Part shown: in pieces, positions 26,162 through 35,454 of the stretch | Numbering within the stretch: the stretch's first letter is position 1 | Layout of the letters: the number at the start of each line of letters is the position of its first letter | NCBI GenBank assembly: GCA_041666225.1 | Contig: JBAYHJ010000001.1 | Span: 1,881 to 65,880 of the forward strand | DNA: 64,000 bases | Reading direction: 5' to 3' | Origin: Minisyncoccota bacterium | GTDB lineage: Bacteria; Patescibacteriota; Minisyncoccia; Phycocordibacterales; UBA9973 | Made by a program: the position numbers and the translations under genes | The notes under the pieces: generated by a model | Database searches by the model: none | What the model was told of the DNA's origin: nothing | The model's input: the letters and a program-made list of their open reading frames with translations, nothing else

Positions 26162-27247
26162 ATGCAAACAACAATTAAAAAATTAGATAAAAGTGAGTTA
26201 GAAATCATCGGTACTATCGAAGCCGTCGAGTTTGAAAAATATGAAGCGAAAGCTCTAGAGAAAGCTGGTGAAAGGCTTGAACTTCCTGGGTTTCGAAAAG
26301 GAAAAGCTCCTGTGGCAATGATCAAAGAAAATATCCCAGAAATGGAATTACTCGAAGAGATGGCGGAGATTGCAATGATGGATAATTACATGAAAATCTT
26401 AGAAGAAAATAAAATCGATGCAATCGGTCGCCCACAGATTGCAATTACAAAAATTGGCAAAGGTTCTGATTTGGAATTTAAAATTATCACTGCAGTTCTT
26501 CCAGAAGTAAAACTCCCTGATTATAAAAAAATATCAAAAGAACAGTGTTCAAAAGAAGATTTTAAAAAAGAAATTAACATTGAGGAATCTGAAGTTGAAA
26601 AAACAATTCTTGAACTTCGAAAAATGAGAGCCGAACAAGCCAAAGGTACAAGTCATGAGGGGCATGAACATATGACAGAGGAAGAACATACAAAAATTCA
26701 CGCGGAGGTTAAAGAAATTCCTGAGAGTGAATACCCAGCATTTGATGATGAGTTTGCAAAAAGCTTTGGTGATTTTAAAAATGCGGATGAACTTCGTGAA
26801 AAAATAAAAAATAATTTAAAAATTGAAAAACAAACTGAGTTAAAAGACAAACTTCGTTTAGCAATAGTTGAAGACCTAGTGAAACAAACTGAAGTTGAGA
26901 TTCCTGAGATTTTAACTCAAAGTGAAACTGACAAAATCATGTATCGCCTTCAAGCAGATATAACCAATGTTGGTTTTAAAATGGAAGATTATTTAAAACA
27001 AATAGGAAAAACTGAGGAAGATCTACGAAGTGAGTGGAAACCCGAAGCAGAGAAACGTGCAAAACTACAAATGATAATCCACACCATTTCAGAAAAAGAA
27101 AATCTCGCCCCAACAGAAGAAGAAATAGAAAAAGATGTTACACAAATTACAACTATGTACAAAGATGCTGACCCAAATCGCGCCCGAGCTTACGTGGAAC
27201 AAATGCTTGAAAATGAAAAAGTGTTTAAGTTTCTTGAAACACAATAA
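26162..27247 (+). CDS. tig: trigger factor (short form, apparently lacking PPIase domain)
   Basis: 361 aa; N-terminal ribosome-binding signature GFRKGKAP. Confidence 0.8.
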   Translation: MQTTIKKLDKSELEIIGTIEAVEFEKYEAKALEKAGERLELPGFRKGKAPVAMIKENIPEMELLEEMAEIAMMDNYMKILEENKIDAIGRPQIAITKIGKGSDLEFKIITAVLPEVKLPDYKKISKEQCSKEDFKKEINIEESEVEKTILELRKMRAEQAKGTSHEGHEHMTEEEHTKIHAEVKEIPESEYPAFDDEFAKSFGDFKNADELREKIKNNLKIEKQTELKDKLRLAIVEDLVKQTEVEIPEILTQSETDKIMYRLQADITNVGFKMEDYLKQIGKTEEDLRSEWKPEAEKRAKLQMIIHTISEKENLAPTEEEIEKDVTQITTMYKDADPNRARAYVEQMLENEKVFKFLETQ

Positions 27248-27264
27248 TTTGATATAATAACCTT

Positions 27265-27855
27265 ATGTTAATCCCAACAGTTATAGAAAAATCACAATTT
27301 GGCGAAAGAGCGTATGACATATACTCACGTCTTTTGAACGAAAGAATTATATTCCTTGGTGGTCCAATCGATGACCATGTGGCCAATTTGGTTATTGCCC
27401 AACTTCTTTATTTAGATCACACGGATTCCAAAAAAGATGTCTATCTTTATATAAATTCTCCTGGTGGTTCAGTCACCGCTGGCCTTGCTATCATCGATAC
27501 GATGAATTTTATTAAGAGTGACGTCTCTACCATCTGCGTCGGTATCGCTGCTTCGATGGGAGCGTTGATTCTTTCTTCTGGTAAAAAGGGTAAAAGATTT
27601 TCATTACCGAATTCAGAAGTAATGATTCATCAAGTGATGGGCGGTACTGAAGGCCAAGCATCGGACATTGCGATCAACGCAAAGCACATCCTCCGCACCA
27701 AAGATACTCTCAATAAAATTCTTGCCCAAAATACTAACAAAAAAATAGACCAAGTAGAAAAAGATTCTGACCGTGACTACTGGATGACTTCTGATGAAGC
27801 CAAGAAGTACGGTATCATAGACGACATTATTTCAAAACCAAAATCCGGAAAATAA
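27265..27855 (+). CDS. clpP: ATP-dependent Clp protease proteolytic subunit
   Basis: 196 aa; catalytic region [19 protein letters not shown]. Confidence 0.95.
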   Translation: MLIPTVIEKSQFGERAYDIYSRLLNERIIFLGGPIDDHVANLVIAQLLYLDHTDSKKDVYLYINSPGGSVTAGLAIIDTMNFIKSDVSTICVGIAASMGALILSSGKKGKRFSLPNSEVMIHQVMGGTEGQASDIAINAKHILRTKDTLNKILAQNTNKKIDQVEKDSDRDYWMTSDEAKKYGIIDDIISKPKSGK

Positions 27856-27877
27856 CATCAAAACTAGCTCTGAAAGC

Positions 27878-27912
27878 CGGTCATAAGCGTTGCTTATGAC
27901 CGGCTTTTTATT
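27878..27912. terminator. hairpin aagccggtcataagc-gttg-cttatgaccggctt + T-run
   Basis: sequence; clpX does not follow. Confidence 0.7.
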
Positions 27913-28042
27913 TAACTTTCTATTTGTTGCATTATTTGTTGCAAATTAACTTTTCAGTGCAAGGAAAATAAAAAAGGATTTTTACTAACAAAATACTAAT
28001 CTATTTGCTTTTAAAAGAGCAATTTGTTATTATCTGTATTAT

Positions 28043-29158
28043 ATGATAATATATCAACGCAAAATAGAATCCAAAATTAAATCTTTAATATTTAAAAACA
28101 AAATGATTGCTATCCTAGGGCCTAGGCAATCTGGTAAAACTACCTTATCTAAAAAATTAGTAAGTCAATATGGAAAAGATGGAGAGTATTTTGATTGTCA
28201 GATAAATGAAGTAAGAGAGTATTTTAAGGTTGGTGAACCCAAGACTCTATTGAAACTTATAAAAGATAAAAAAATTGTTGTATTTGATGAAGCTCAAACA
28301 ATTCAAGATATTGGTACAATTCTAAAAGTATTTCATGATACATATCCAGAAATACAAATAATAGCTACGGGTTCATCTTCTTTTGATTTAGCAAATAAAA
28401 TAAATGAACCTATGACAGGGAGAGTCTTTGAATTTATATTAATGCCTCTATCTATTGAAGAAATCAAATTATCAAAAAAAATAACAAGGGAAGATTTGAT
28501 GGATTATTTTCTATTAGGAACATACCCCGCTGTAGTAGCGGCAGAATCTAGAGAAGAAAAAGAAATTATTCTTAAAAATATTTCTACAAATTATTTATAC
28601 AAAGATATATTTGTATTTGAAGCAATAAGAAATCCTCAAATTTTTGAAAACTTGGTTAAATTACTTGCAATGCAAGTCGGACAAATGGTTTCTGTCCGAG
28701 AATTGTCATTAAATTTAGGTATTAGTCGTTCTGTAATACAAAAATATCTTAGATTATTAGAACAGTCCTTTATTATTAAAATAGTACATTCTTTCTCTCA
28801 GAATTCACGAAATGAATTAAAGAAAGCATTTAAAGTCTACTTTCTTGATAATGGAGTTCGCAATTCGCTTGTTGATATAAAAAGGCAAATGGAAGGGAGA
28901 ATTGATAAGGGATTTATATTTGAAAATTTCTTTATCTCTGACAGACTAAAACAGGGAACACTAGAAACATTCCCGCCTGAAATTATGTTCTGGCGGACTA
29001 GAACAGGATTAGAAATAGATGTAATTGAAAAATCAGGACTAGATATTTATGCTTATGAGTGTAAATGGACTCAAATAAATATTTCATTTAAAGAATTTCT
29101 CAAATTATATCCCGAAGCAAAAACTGAAATAATCACACCAGATTATTTCCTAAAATAA
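28043..29158 (+). CDS. AAA+ ATPase, AAA_14/DUF4143 family (COG1373-like)
   Basis: 371 aa; Walker A GPRQSGKTTL, Walker B VVFDEAQ, IIATGSSSFDL. Confidence 0.8.
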   Translation: MIIYQRKIESKIKSLIFKNKMIAILGPRQSGKTTLSKKLVSQYGKDGEYFDCQINEVREYFKVGEPKTLLKLIKDKKIVVFDEAQTIQDIGTILKVFHDTYPEIQIIATGSSSFDLANKINEPMTGRVFEFILMPLSIEEIKLSKKITREDLMDYFLLGTYPAVVAAESREEKEIILKNISTNYLYKDIFVFEAIRNPQIFENLVKLLAMQVGQMVSVRELSLNLGISRSVIQKYLRLLEQSFIIKIVHSFSQNSRNELKKAFKVYFLDNGVRNSLVDIKRQMEGRIDKGFIFENFFISDRLKQGTLETFPPEIMFWRTRTGLEIDVIEKSGLDIYAYECKWTQINISFKEFLKLYPEAKTEIITPDYFLK

Positions 29159-29174
29159 TATACAAGCTGAGCAC

Positions 29175-29209
29175 AAAAAACCGACGAGACAAGACCTAGT
29201 CGGTTTTTT
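29175..29209. terminator. hairpin aaaaaaccgacgagacaagacctagtcggtttttt
   Basis: sequence. Confidence 0.65.
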
Positions 29210-29210
29210 C

Positions 29211-29366
29211 TTACCACCATAATTCTGTCGGTTAATGATTAATTAATCGCAACTCCATCATCTTGTATAAAATTTTGGAGCGAGGAGAGAGATTCATAAA
29301 TTAATTACAGTATAATTAATTTACCGCGATGTCTTCAAATATTAGCCGACAAAATTATGGTGGTAA
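29211..29366. repeat. ~156-bp element bounded by 26-bp inverted repeats (ttaccaccataattctgtcggttaat / attagccgacaaaattatggtggtaa)
   Basis: 24/26 complementarity; AT-rich interior with attaattaat repeats; MITE-like or structured RNA. Confidence 0.55.
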
Positions 29367-29590
29367 AAAATCTACAAGGTCTTTCCTCAAGTGCTCCCGA
29401 AGTAAGTCCATGTAGATTTATAATTTATATTTCTTTTTCCTTTTCTCTCTCCTGTTTCTTCCCTATGAATCCACAAATCAAATGGCTAAAAATGTTTGTG
29501 AACTCAATAAGGATTTCAAGCTATTTATGACTTAAAAGTTATCCACATAAACGTCTTTACAATCGCGTTTTTAGGTATATAATTGATATT

Positions 29591-30715
29591 ATGATAATAA
29601 AAAGATGGCTAAAATCAAAAATAATAGAATCATTAAAGGACAATCGTATTACGATAATATATGGGGCTAGGCAGGTCGGCAAAACAACACTAGTAAAACA
29701 AATTACTGAAGAATTTAATGGTAAATATTTACTTTGTGAAGAACCCGATGTAAACGAAGCTTTAACAAAGAAAACTTCTACGGAAATGAAATTTTTCTTT
29801 GGAGATCATAAGCTAATTATTTTAGATGAAGCTCAGTCAATAGAAAATATTGGTTTATCTCTAAAAATAATTCATGACACCTACCCAGATATAAAAATAA
29901 TAGCCACAGGATCAAGTTCTTTTGATCTTATGAGTAAAATTTCTGAACCATTAACAGGTAGAAATATCCCATTTATGCTTTACCCTATCTCCTATCAAGA
30001 ATATTCCGAATCGATTGGACACATAGAGTCTAAGCGTCTTTTAAAAGAAAGAATCCTTTACGGTATGTACCCCCACATTATCAACTCAAATGATATTAAA
30101 CGAGACCTGAAAATACTTAGTTCAGACTATCTATTAAGAGATGTTCTAAGGATAGATCAAGTTCGTAAACCAATTATTTTAGAAAAATTAGTAAAGTTAC
30201 TTGCCCTACAATCAGGATCAGAAGTTTCATTCCAAGAAATTGCTCAAAAACTTGAAGTGAGCAGGGGCTTAGTGATGGATTATGTACGACTACTTGAACA
30301 AGCTTTTATTATCTTTCGCTTACCACCACTTGCAAAAAATCCTCGCGATGAAATAACTCGTTTTGAAAAAGTATTTTTCTATGATACTGGTATTCGTAAT
30401 GCATTAATAGACACATTTACAACACTTGAAAATAGGCAAGATAGTGGACAGCTATTTGAAAATTTTTTCATTAGTGAAAGAATGAAACAATATCAAAGAT
30501 TTGAAAATGAACCAAAACCTCACTTTTGGAGAACAAAAAACCAAAGCGAAATAGATCTTGTAGAAGAATATCACGACAAATTAGATGCTTTTGAATGCAA
30601 AATAAATTCTAAAAAATCTATAAAAACTCGTGCTTGGAATAATTCCTACCCAAACTATAAAGTTAAATCTGTATCGCTTGATACAATCTTTGAAATAATT
30701 ACTACTGATAAATAA
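29591..30715 (+). CDS. AAA+ ATPase, AAA_14/DUF4143 family, paralog
   Basis: 374 aa; GARQVGKTTL, ILDEAQ, IIATGSSSFDL; downstream motifs cttccctatgaa(c/t)ccacaaat and tttgtgaactcaataag repeated at 29457-29520 and 30740-30830. Confidence 0.8.
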   Translation: MIIKRWLKSKIIESLKDNRITIIYGARQVGKTTLVKQITEEFNGKYLLCEEPDVNEALTKKTSTEMKFFFGDHKLIILDEAQSIENIGLSLKIIHDTYPDIKIIATGSSSFDLMSKISEPLTGRNIPFMLYPISYQEYSESIGHIESKRLLKERILYGMYPHIINSNDIKRDLKILSSDYLLRDVLRIDQVRKPIILEKLVKLLALQSGSEVSFQEIAQKLEVSRGLVMDYVRLLEQAFIIFRLPPLAKNPRDEITRFEKVFFYDTGIRNALIDTFTTLENRQDSGQLFENFFISERMKQYQRFENEPKPHFWRTKNQSEIDLVEEYHDKLDAFECKINSKKSIKTRAWNNSYPNYKVKSVSLDTIFEIITTDK

Positions 30716-30754
30716 TTTCGACCACGCCCATTTTAATCTTCCCTATGAACCCAC

Positions 30755-30800
30755 AAATAATTTCGAGGTATTTCTTCACTCAACAGAGGGAAGTGATTCC
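30755..30800. repeat. hairpin cgagg-tatttcttcactcaacagagggaagtgatt-cctcg, related to 17460..17506
   Basis: sequence. Confidence 0.45.
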
Positions 30801-30981
30801 TCGTAAATATTTGTGAACTCAATAAGAATGCGGAATTTTCTTTCGAAAATTCCGCAAACATTTTTTGTGCTTACTTTGGGTAACCATTCCCATTTCAGCA
30901 AACCCGTTATTTTGAGACAGCTTTTCACTAAGCTTCTGTTTCTGTCTCGGTCCCCTTGTAGCTCAGGGGTTATTATATTTC

Positions 30982-31344
30982 TCAAATTTTATCCCTATAT
31001 ATTATTAATATGATAGGGATTATTATAGAAAATAAATATATAAAATAGTATATAAGTTTCAACTTTTTCTTAATAAGAAGAAACCCTGCACTATACATAA
31101 TACAAATTAAATATAATAAAAATTTAATCATACCCATTTCCCCCGATAACACAACTACTGAAAAAATGATTGTGTAAATCCATGAAAAAAATAGAGCAGC
31201 CATGACTAATGCCACAACGGGGTGATTTTCATCAGAATCAAACCCTTGGTACCATTCCCCTTTTTTTACTCCTCGGAAATTTAAAAGAGAAAATAGTATA
31301 TTCAGTAATGAATATACTATTATTATTTTTAAAATTTCTTCCAT
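30982..31344 (-). CDS. small membrane protein (3 TM)
   Basis: 120 aa, hydrophobic. Confidence 0.45.
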   Translation of the reverse strand: MEEILKIIIVYSLLNILFSLLNFRGVKKGEWYQGFDSDENHPVVALVMAALFFSWIYTIIFSVVVLSGEMGMIKFLLYLICIMYSAGFLLIKKKLKLIYYFIYLFSIIIPIILIIYRDKI

Positions 31345-31350
31345 TTAGAG

Positions 31351-32241
31351 TTATAAATTAACATCATCACCCCAATACAAACACGGAGTTAAATCCCTGT
31401 CTATATTGTATTCTATACTGGAGTCAAAACCATCCCCAGTATAGACACTCTTCCATCCTGCAAAAATGGCCTTCGCCAGGGTTACAAGATAATCATATTC
31501 TTTTCGTGGAAGAGTATTTTTAGGGCAAACGTTATGCCCATCAAACAATAACCCATTTTCCAATAAAGAAAATATTTTATTGTTTACAACTGTTTGAGAC
31601 AGAACACCTGTCCCAATCCTATCTTCCAAAAACCTAACAACAGAAAAGGGAAGATCTCTCTTCCATATCCTTTCAAATCCTGTCTCTTTTTCAAAAAACA
31701 GGGTACTTTTGTCACCACTCACAAAGAGTGGTGAACCTATCGCTCCTACACTGAATTGATATTTAGAGTAGGAGCTGTTTGGAGACTCAGGATATAATCC
31801 TGGGTCTATCTGGAATTCTCTTTTATCCATACAGAGAAAAGAAGATTCCAGTAATGGAGTATACTCTACTCCGCTCCCAAAACTTGGAGCCTCATCTGGC
31901 CCCCAAATTGAAAATTTAGGGAGTGCCCTTACCCCCTCACTTTTACACACCCTTATCAGGCATGGAAATCCCCCGCTTTGAACGAGGTAAAATTCCGTTG
32001 TTTCCCACTTTTCGCAGGAAACAACAAAAGATACCACCGAGGTAATATCTTTTAAATTTTTATTGCTTCCCCATTTTGCAATGGGGATACTTGTTTTGAA
32101 ATTTTCTGGAGTGTGTTCCACCCCAGAAAAATAAAAATTTCCCTCAACTGGAAATTTTAGATTTACCAAAATTTCAGTTGATTTGCCACAGAAATCAATG
32201 CTACCATTAATTTCTGAAAAATTTAAAAAACTTCTTTCCAT
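31351..32241 (-). CDS. hypothetical protein
   Basis: 296 aa, no recognisable motif; its start and ~110 nt upstream lie in direct repeat copy 1. Confidence 0.55.
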   Translation of the reverse strand: MERSFLNFSEINGSIDFCGKSTEILVNLKFPVEGNFYFSGVEHTPENFKTSIPIAKWGSNKNLKDITSVVSFVVSCEKWETTEFYLVQSGGFPCLIRVCKSEGVRALPKFSIWGPDEAPSFGSGVEYTPLLESSFLCMDKREFQIDPGLYPESPNSSYSKYQFSVGAIGSPLFVSGDKSTLFFEKETGFERIWKRDLPFSVVRFLEDRIGTGVLSQTVVNNKIFSLLENGLLFDGHNVCPKNTLPRKEYDYLVTLAKAIFAGWKSVYTGDGFDSSIEYNIDRDLTPCLYWGDDVNL

Positions 32242-32350
32242 CTTTCTGCCCCGTTCCCAGGGACTTTTTTTAGTTAGTTAAAATTGTATTTGAATTCCCA
32301 TCTCTAATATCTAAAGTAAATATCAAAGATGAGAATTCAAATTTAACTAA
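32226..32350. repeat. ~125-bp direct repeat copy 1 (ccccgttcccagggactttttttagtt...gaattcccatctctaatatctaaagtaaatatcaaagatgagaattcaaat...)
   Basis: copy 2 at 33822..33950, ~88% identical; contains imperfect hairpin gaattcccatc...gatgagaattc. Confidence 0.8.
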
Positions 32351-32536
32351 AAAAAACAAAAACTTCCCTATCAATCCACCAATTCTGATGAACTGAATAA
32401 GAAAGGAAACCAACAGAAGCTGGTTTCCAATTCTAATTTTAAACCCGTAACCCGAGTTAGATATTTTTTCCCTAGAGGTTACCTTTCCTCTATTTAGTCC
32501 ATTTTACGCATCAACTAGCCTTTTTGCGCCTGGTTT

Positions 32537-33553
32537 TTACGACTGTGGCTTGTCATAGGCTCCAGCGAAGCCTCGGTTGGCATCCCCATAAGGCTGATGC
32601 AAACCATTTTGGCTTGCCCACCCGTTTGGGTAGGTCGGTCGGCCCTCAACCATGAAGACCTCACCCAAGAAGTCAGCCACGACTTCCTTGGTGCCCGACA
32701 AGTTAACCTTGTCGGGGAACCGTTTATCCCCCTTTGCCATATAAGGGGTACCGGTCATTACACCGGCCTCAATCGTGAAAGGGATATTCCCCAATTCACG
32801 AATATCGGCAACCCGCTTGCCACCAAGCAGAACGGTTGCCGGAGGATTATTCAGTATATGAAGGGCTTCCTCAATGCCCTTCATAGCATCTGATTCAGAT
32901 GAAACATTTTCGCGTTTCATCAGTTCTGGCAGACGCATAACCAGAACTTCTTCGGCTGTTACACCAGGGCAAAGCCCGGCGTAAGCAGCCGAAAGGCAAT
33001 GATCGGCGGCTGCAATAACGCGGTCTTCCTGGGTTGCCTCTATCCCCAGGAAATTCAGGAGTTGTCCGAGACTCGATGCCTCGAAAAACTCACCTGCTGG
33101 CTTGCCAAAACCAGCGTCGCCAGGGTTATGGTGGTCGCATCTTGCAACCACTTTCAACCCCTGGGCAGCAGTTGGAGCGCATTCAAAAAGAATGCAGGTG
33201 GTCTTCTCATAGCGGACCTGCCCCGGATCCATTATGAACCCATCTGCTTTGTAGGCAGTCATGGGATTGCATATTACGCCACCCATGGTCGCGGTGGCGG
33301 TTTGTATTCTGTACTCGTCAGCAATCTGGCGAGCTTTTTGCTCCTCGATGTCAGGAGCACCAAAAATAATTGTGAGGTAGGATAAATCCCTACCTCCACA
33401 ATTTGGACACCGGTTACCATCCCGATGCCCATGGAATAGGTCACCCTGATGGTAACCCATTTTAATTAATTCCTCGTCAGTGACGGGAATTGACTTGGCA
33501 TAAAGCCCAGTCCAAAAACATGAAGGGCAGTACACTGCCCAATCTTTTTTCAT
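32537..33553 (-). CDS. hypothetical protein with N-terminal CxxC...CxxC zinc ribbon and DHH-like motif; GC-rich (~55%) gene
   Basis: 338 aa; CPSC...CPNCGG; ...VARCDHHNPGDAG; strong compositional contrast with flanks. Confidence 0.6.
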   Translation of the reverse strand: MKKDWAVYCPSCFWTGLYAKSIPVTDEELIKMGYHQGDLFHGHRDGNRCPNCGGRDLSYLTIIFGAPDIEEQKARQIADEYRIQTATATMGGVICNPMTAYKADGFIMDPGQVRYEKTTCILFECAPTAAQGLKVVARCDHHNPGDAGFGKPAGEFFEASSLGQLLNFLGIEATQEDRVIAAADHCLSAAYAGLCPGVTAEEVLVMRLPELMKRENVSSESDAMKGIEEALHILNNPPATVLLGGKRVADIRELGNIPFTIEAGVMTGTPYMAKGDKRFPDKVNLSGTKEVVADFLGEVFMVEGRPTYPNGWASQNGLHQPYGDANRGFAGAYDKPQS

Positions 33554-33688
33554 TTTTTAATTTTTTAAAAAATCCTTCGTTGTCTCGCCAACTCAGGTCA
33601 AGCGTCTCCTTTTTAAACGTCAGTGAGAATGACAAACTTCAATACTACCAAGTAATTTTGAAGATTTCTTTGGTAGATTTACTTGCCA

Positions 33689-33756
33689 CCAATACTATTT
33701 CGTTCGCACGAAATAGTATTTGATCTCCCAAAAACGTCTCTTCAGAAGTTTTTGGA
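33689..33756. promoter_or_regulatory. two perfect palindromes (aatactatttcg-ttcgca-cgaaatagtatt; ccaaaaacgtctcttcagaagtttttgg) in the leader upstream of the GC-rich gene; second overlaps the stop codon of a 31-codon leader ORF (33837..33742, minus)
   Basis: sequence. Confidence 0.45.
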
Positions 33757-33821
33757 GACCAACGAGTGTCCGTACCATCCAGTATAGACACCCTCAATGG
33801 AGATTATTTCCTCCACTTTAA

Positions 33822-33950
33822 ATTTTTTTTCTTCCATTTTCTTGCCCCGTTTCCAGGGACTTTTTTTAAGTTAAATTTAAGTTTGAATTCCCATCTCCAA
33901 TATCTAAAATAAATATCAAAGATGAGAATTCAAATTATTTAACTAAAAAA
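33822..33950. repeat. ~125-bp direct repeat copy 2
   Basis: see 32226..32350. Confidence 0.8.
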
Positions 33951-33959
33951 TGAAAACTA

Positions 33960-34560
33960 TCTGCCACGCAAATTTAATAATTTGCGGGGCTTGTTGTACG
34001 TTCAAAAACTGGTTCATCCGAGGAATTACTTCCTAAGGGAAGAAAGACCTCGGATTCCATTCTTAATCGCACAATATTTTATTTTCAAAGAAATTGTCTA
34101 TTACCCTAGATCTGGTCTCTCTCCTCTCTAGGCTCTCATTATTAACTCTCTCTTTAATAATGAATTCCTTCGTAAAGACATTTCAGATCACAATAGTGGG
34201 TTAAGCTATTATGGTCTGTCGATCTCTTTACGAGACGGTTGTGAATGTATGTTTGATAGTCTCGGTTTGCGGCTTCAACTATTAAACTATTCACGGTGCA
34301 AACAGATATGTCTTGAAAATTGTGATAGAACACTCTCTCTTTCTACCTAACTTACAGGCTTAGGTGCCATCCCTCGACTTTCGTCTCGGTTCAGAGGTGA
34401 ACATCAATCTTCTATATCTCCTTGAAGGTACTCTCTCCTCGTGTGGTTGAGCTATTCTTTCGAAAGGCTCCTCCAACTCTCTTGTGGATAGTATAGCACT
34501 TTATTTACATAATGTCAATGCTATGTGATAATGATAAATTAATATAAATAAATATATTGA
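33960..34560. ncRNA. candidate structured non-coding region (~600 nt, no ORF >=60 aa in any frame, CT-rich, ~42% GC, multiple long-range complementary segments e.g. cgagacg/cgtctcg)
   Basis: sequence inspection only; no match recognised to RNase P, tmRNA, SRP or group I/II intron cores. Confidence 0.25.
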
Positions 34561-34659
34561 TAAATAAGGATATTTTAAATCTATGTATTGTCATATTTGC
34601 GTGAAAATAATGACTATGCTATACTTTAAACAGCTATTAATTAACTTTAAATAAAATAT

Positions 34660-35454
34660 ATGAACCAAAATACAGATGAAAAAATATTAATAGAAGCTGG
34701 TCTGTCAGAAGAACAATCGGCTATATATAGTGCCCTATTAGATAAGGGTCCATTAAAAGCAGGGTCTATTGCTACTTGGACAGGGTTAAAAAGAGGCCTT
34801 ATTTACAAAGTCCTTGATCAATTAGAAAATATGGGGTTAGTTTCTAAGAAAGGGGGCGATGGTACTGTAGCAGTATTTGCACCAGAACACCCATCGCAAC
34901 TTGCAGTTATAATGGAACGTAAAGAAAAGTCCTTTGCTTTAGCTAAAGAAACGGTAAATTTTTCTCTTGGTGCACTTTCTTCAAAATTTAATCTTCTTTC
35001 TGGAAAACCAAATGTGCAATTCTACGAGGGGAAAGATGGGGTAGAAAAAGTTTTAGAAGACACATTAAATGCAAAAGGTGAGGTATTAACTTATGCTGAT
35101 ATAGAAATAGTTGAAAAATATTTCAAAAAGATAAATGAACAATATGTAGCAAAAAGAGAAAAATTTAATATTAAAAAAAGGGCATTAATTATCGAGAATG
35201 ATTTTTCTAAAAAATTTTTTAATGATTTATATAATAAAGATCCAGAATATTTTTCTATTACAGATGTAAAAATGGCCAAAACTTCAATCTACGAAGTAGA
35301 GGGGGCTATCCAAATATATGAAAACAAAATAGGAATTATCACTATCTCAAATGAAAATTTGATTAGTATTATAATCGAAGACGAAAGAATAAATAAATTA
35401 TTTAAAAGTATGTTTGAGGCACTTTATTTAGTTTCTCCAAGATTCATTCCATAG
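34660..35454 (+). CDS. TrmB-family winged-helix transcriptional regulator (paralog 1)
   Basis: 264 aa; N-terminal wHTH LSEEQSAIYSALLDKGPLKAGSIATWTGLKRGLIYKVLDQLENMGLV. Confidence 0.65.
   Translation: MNQNTDEKILIEAGLSEEQSAIYSALLDKGPLKAGSIATWTGLKRGLIYKVLDQLENMGLVSKKGGDGTVAVFAPEHPSQLAVIMERKEKSFALAKETVNFSLGALSSKFNLLSGKPNVQFYEGKDGVEKVLEDTLNAKGEVLTYADIEIVEKYFKKINEQYVAKREKFNIKKRALIIENDFSKKFFNDLYNKDPEYFSITDVKMAKTSIYEVEGAIQIYENKIGIITISNENLISIIIEDERINKLFKSMFEALYLVSPRFIP

Noticed and set aside
30776-31013. Overlapping 69-aa and 66-aa ORFs on opposite strands
   Set aside because: They lie in the repeat-containing leader or terminator region after the second AAA ATPase and have no coding signal.
33960-34560. 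tmRNA or RNase P RNA in the ORF-free region
   Set aside because: The conserved cores (tmRNA tRNA-like 3' end GGUUCGAUUCC..CCA with a tag reading frame; RNase P P4 AGGAAAGUCC / ACAGAA) are not present. It is kept only as an unclassified ncRNA candidate.
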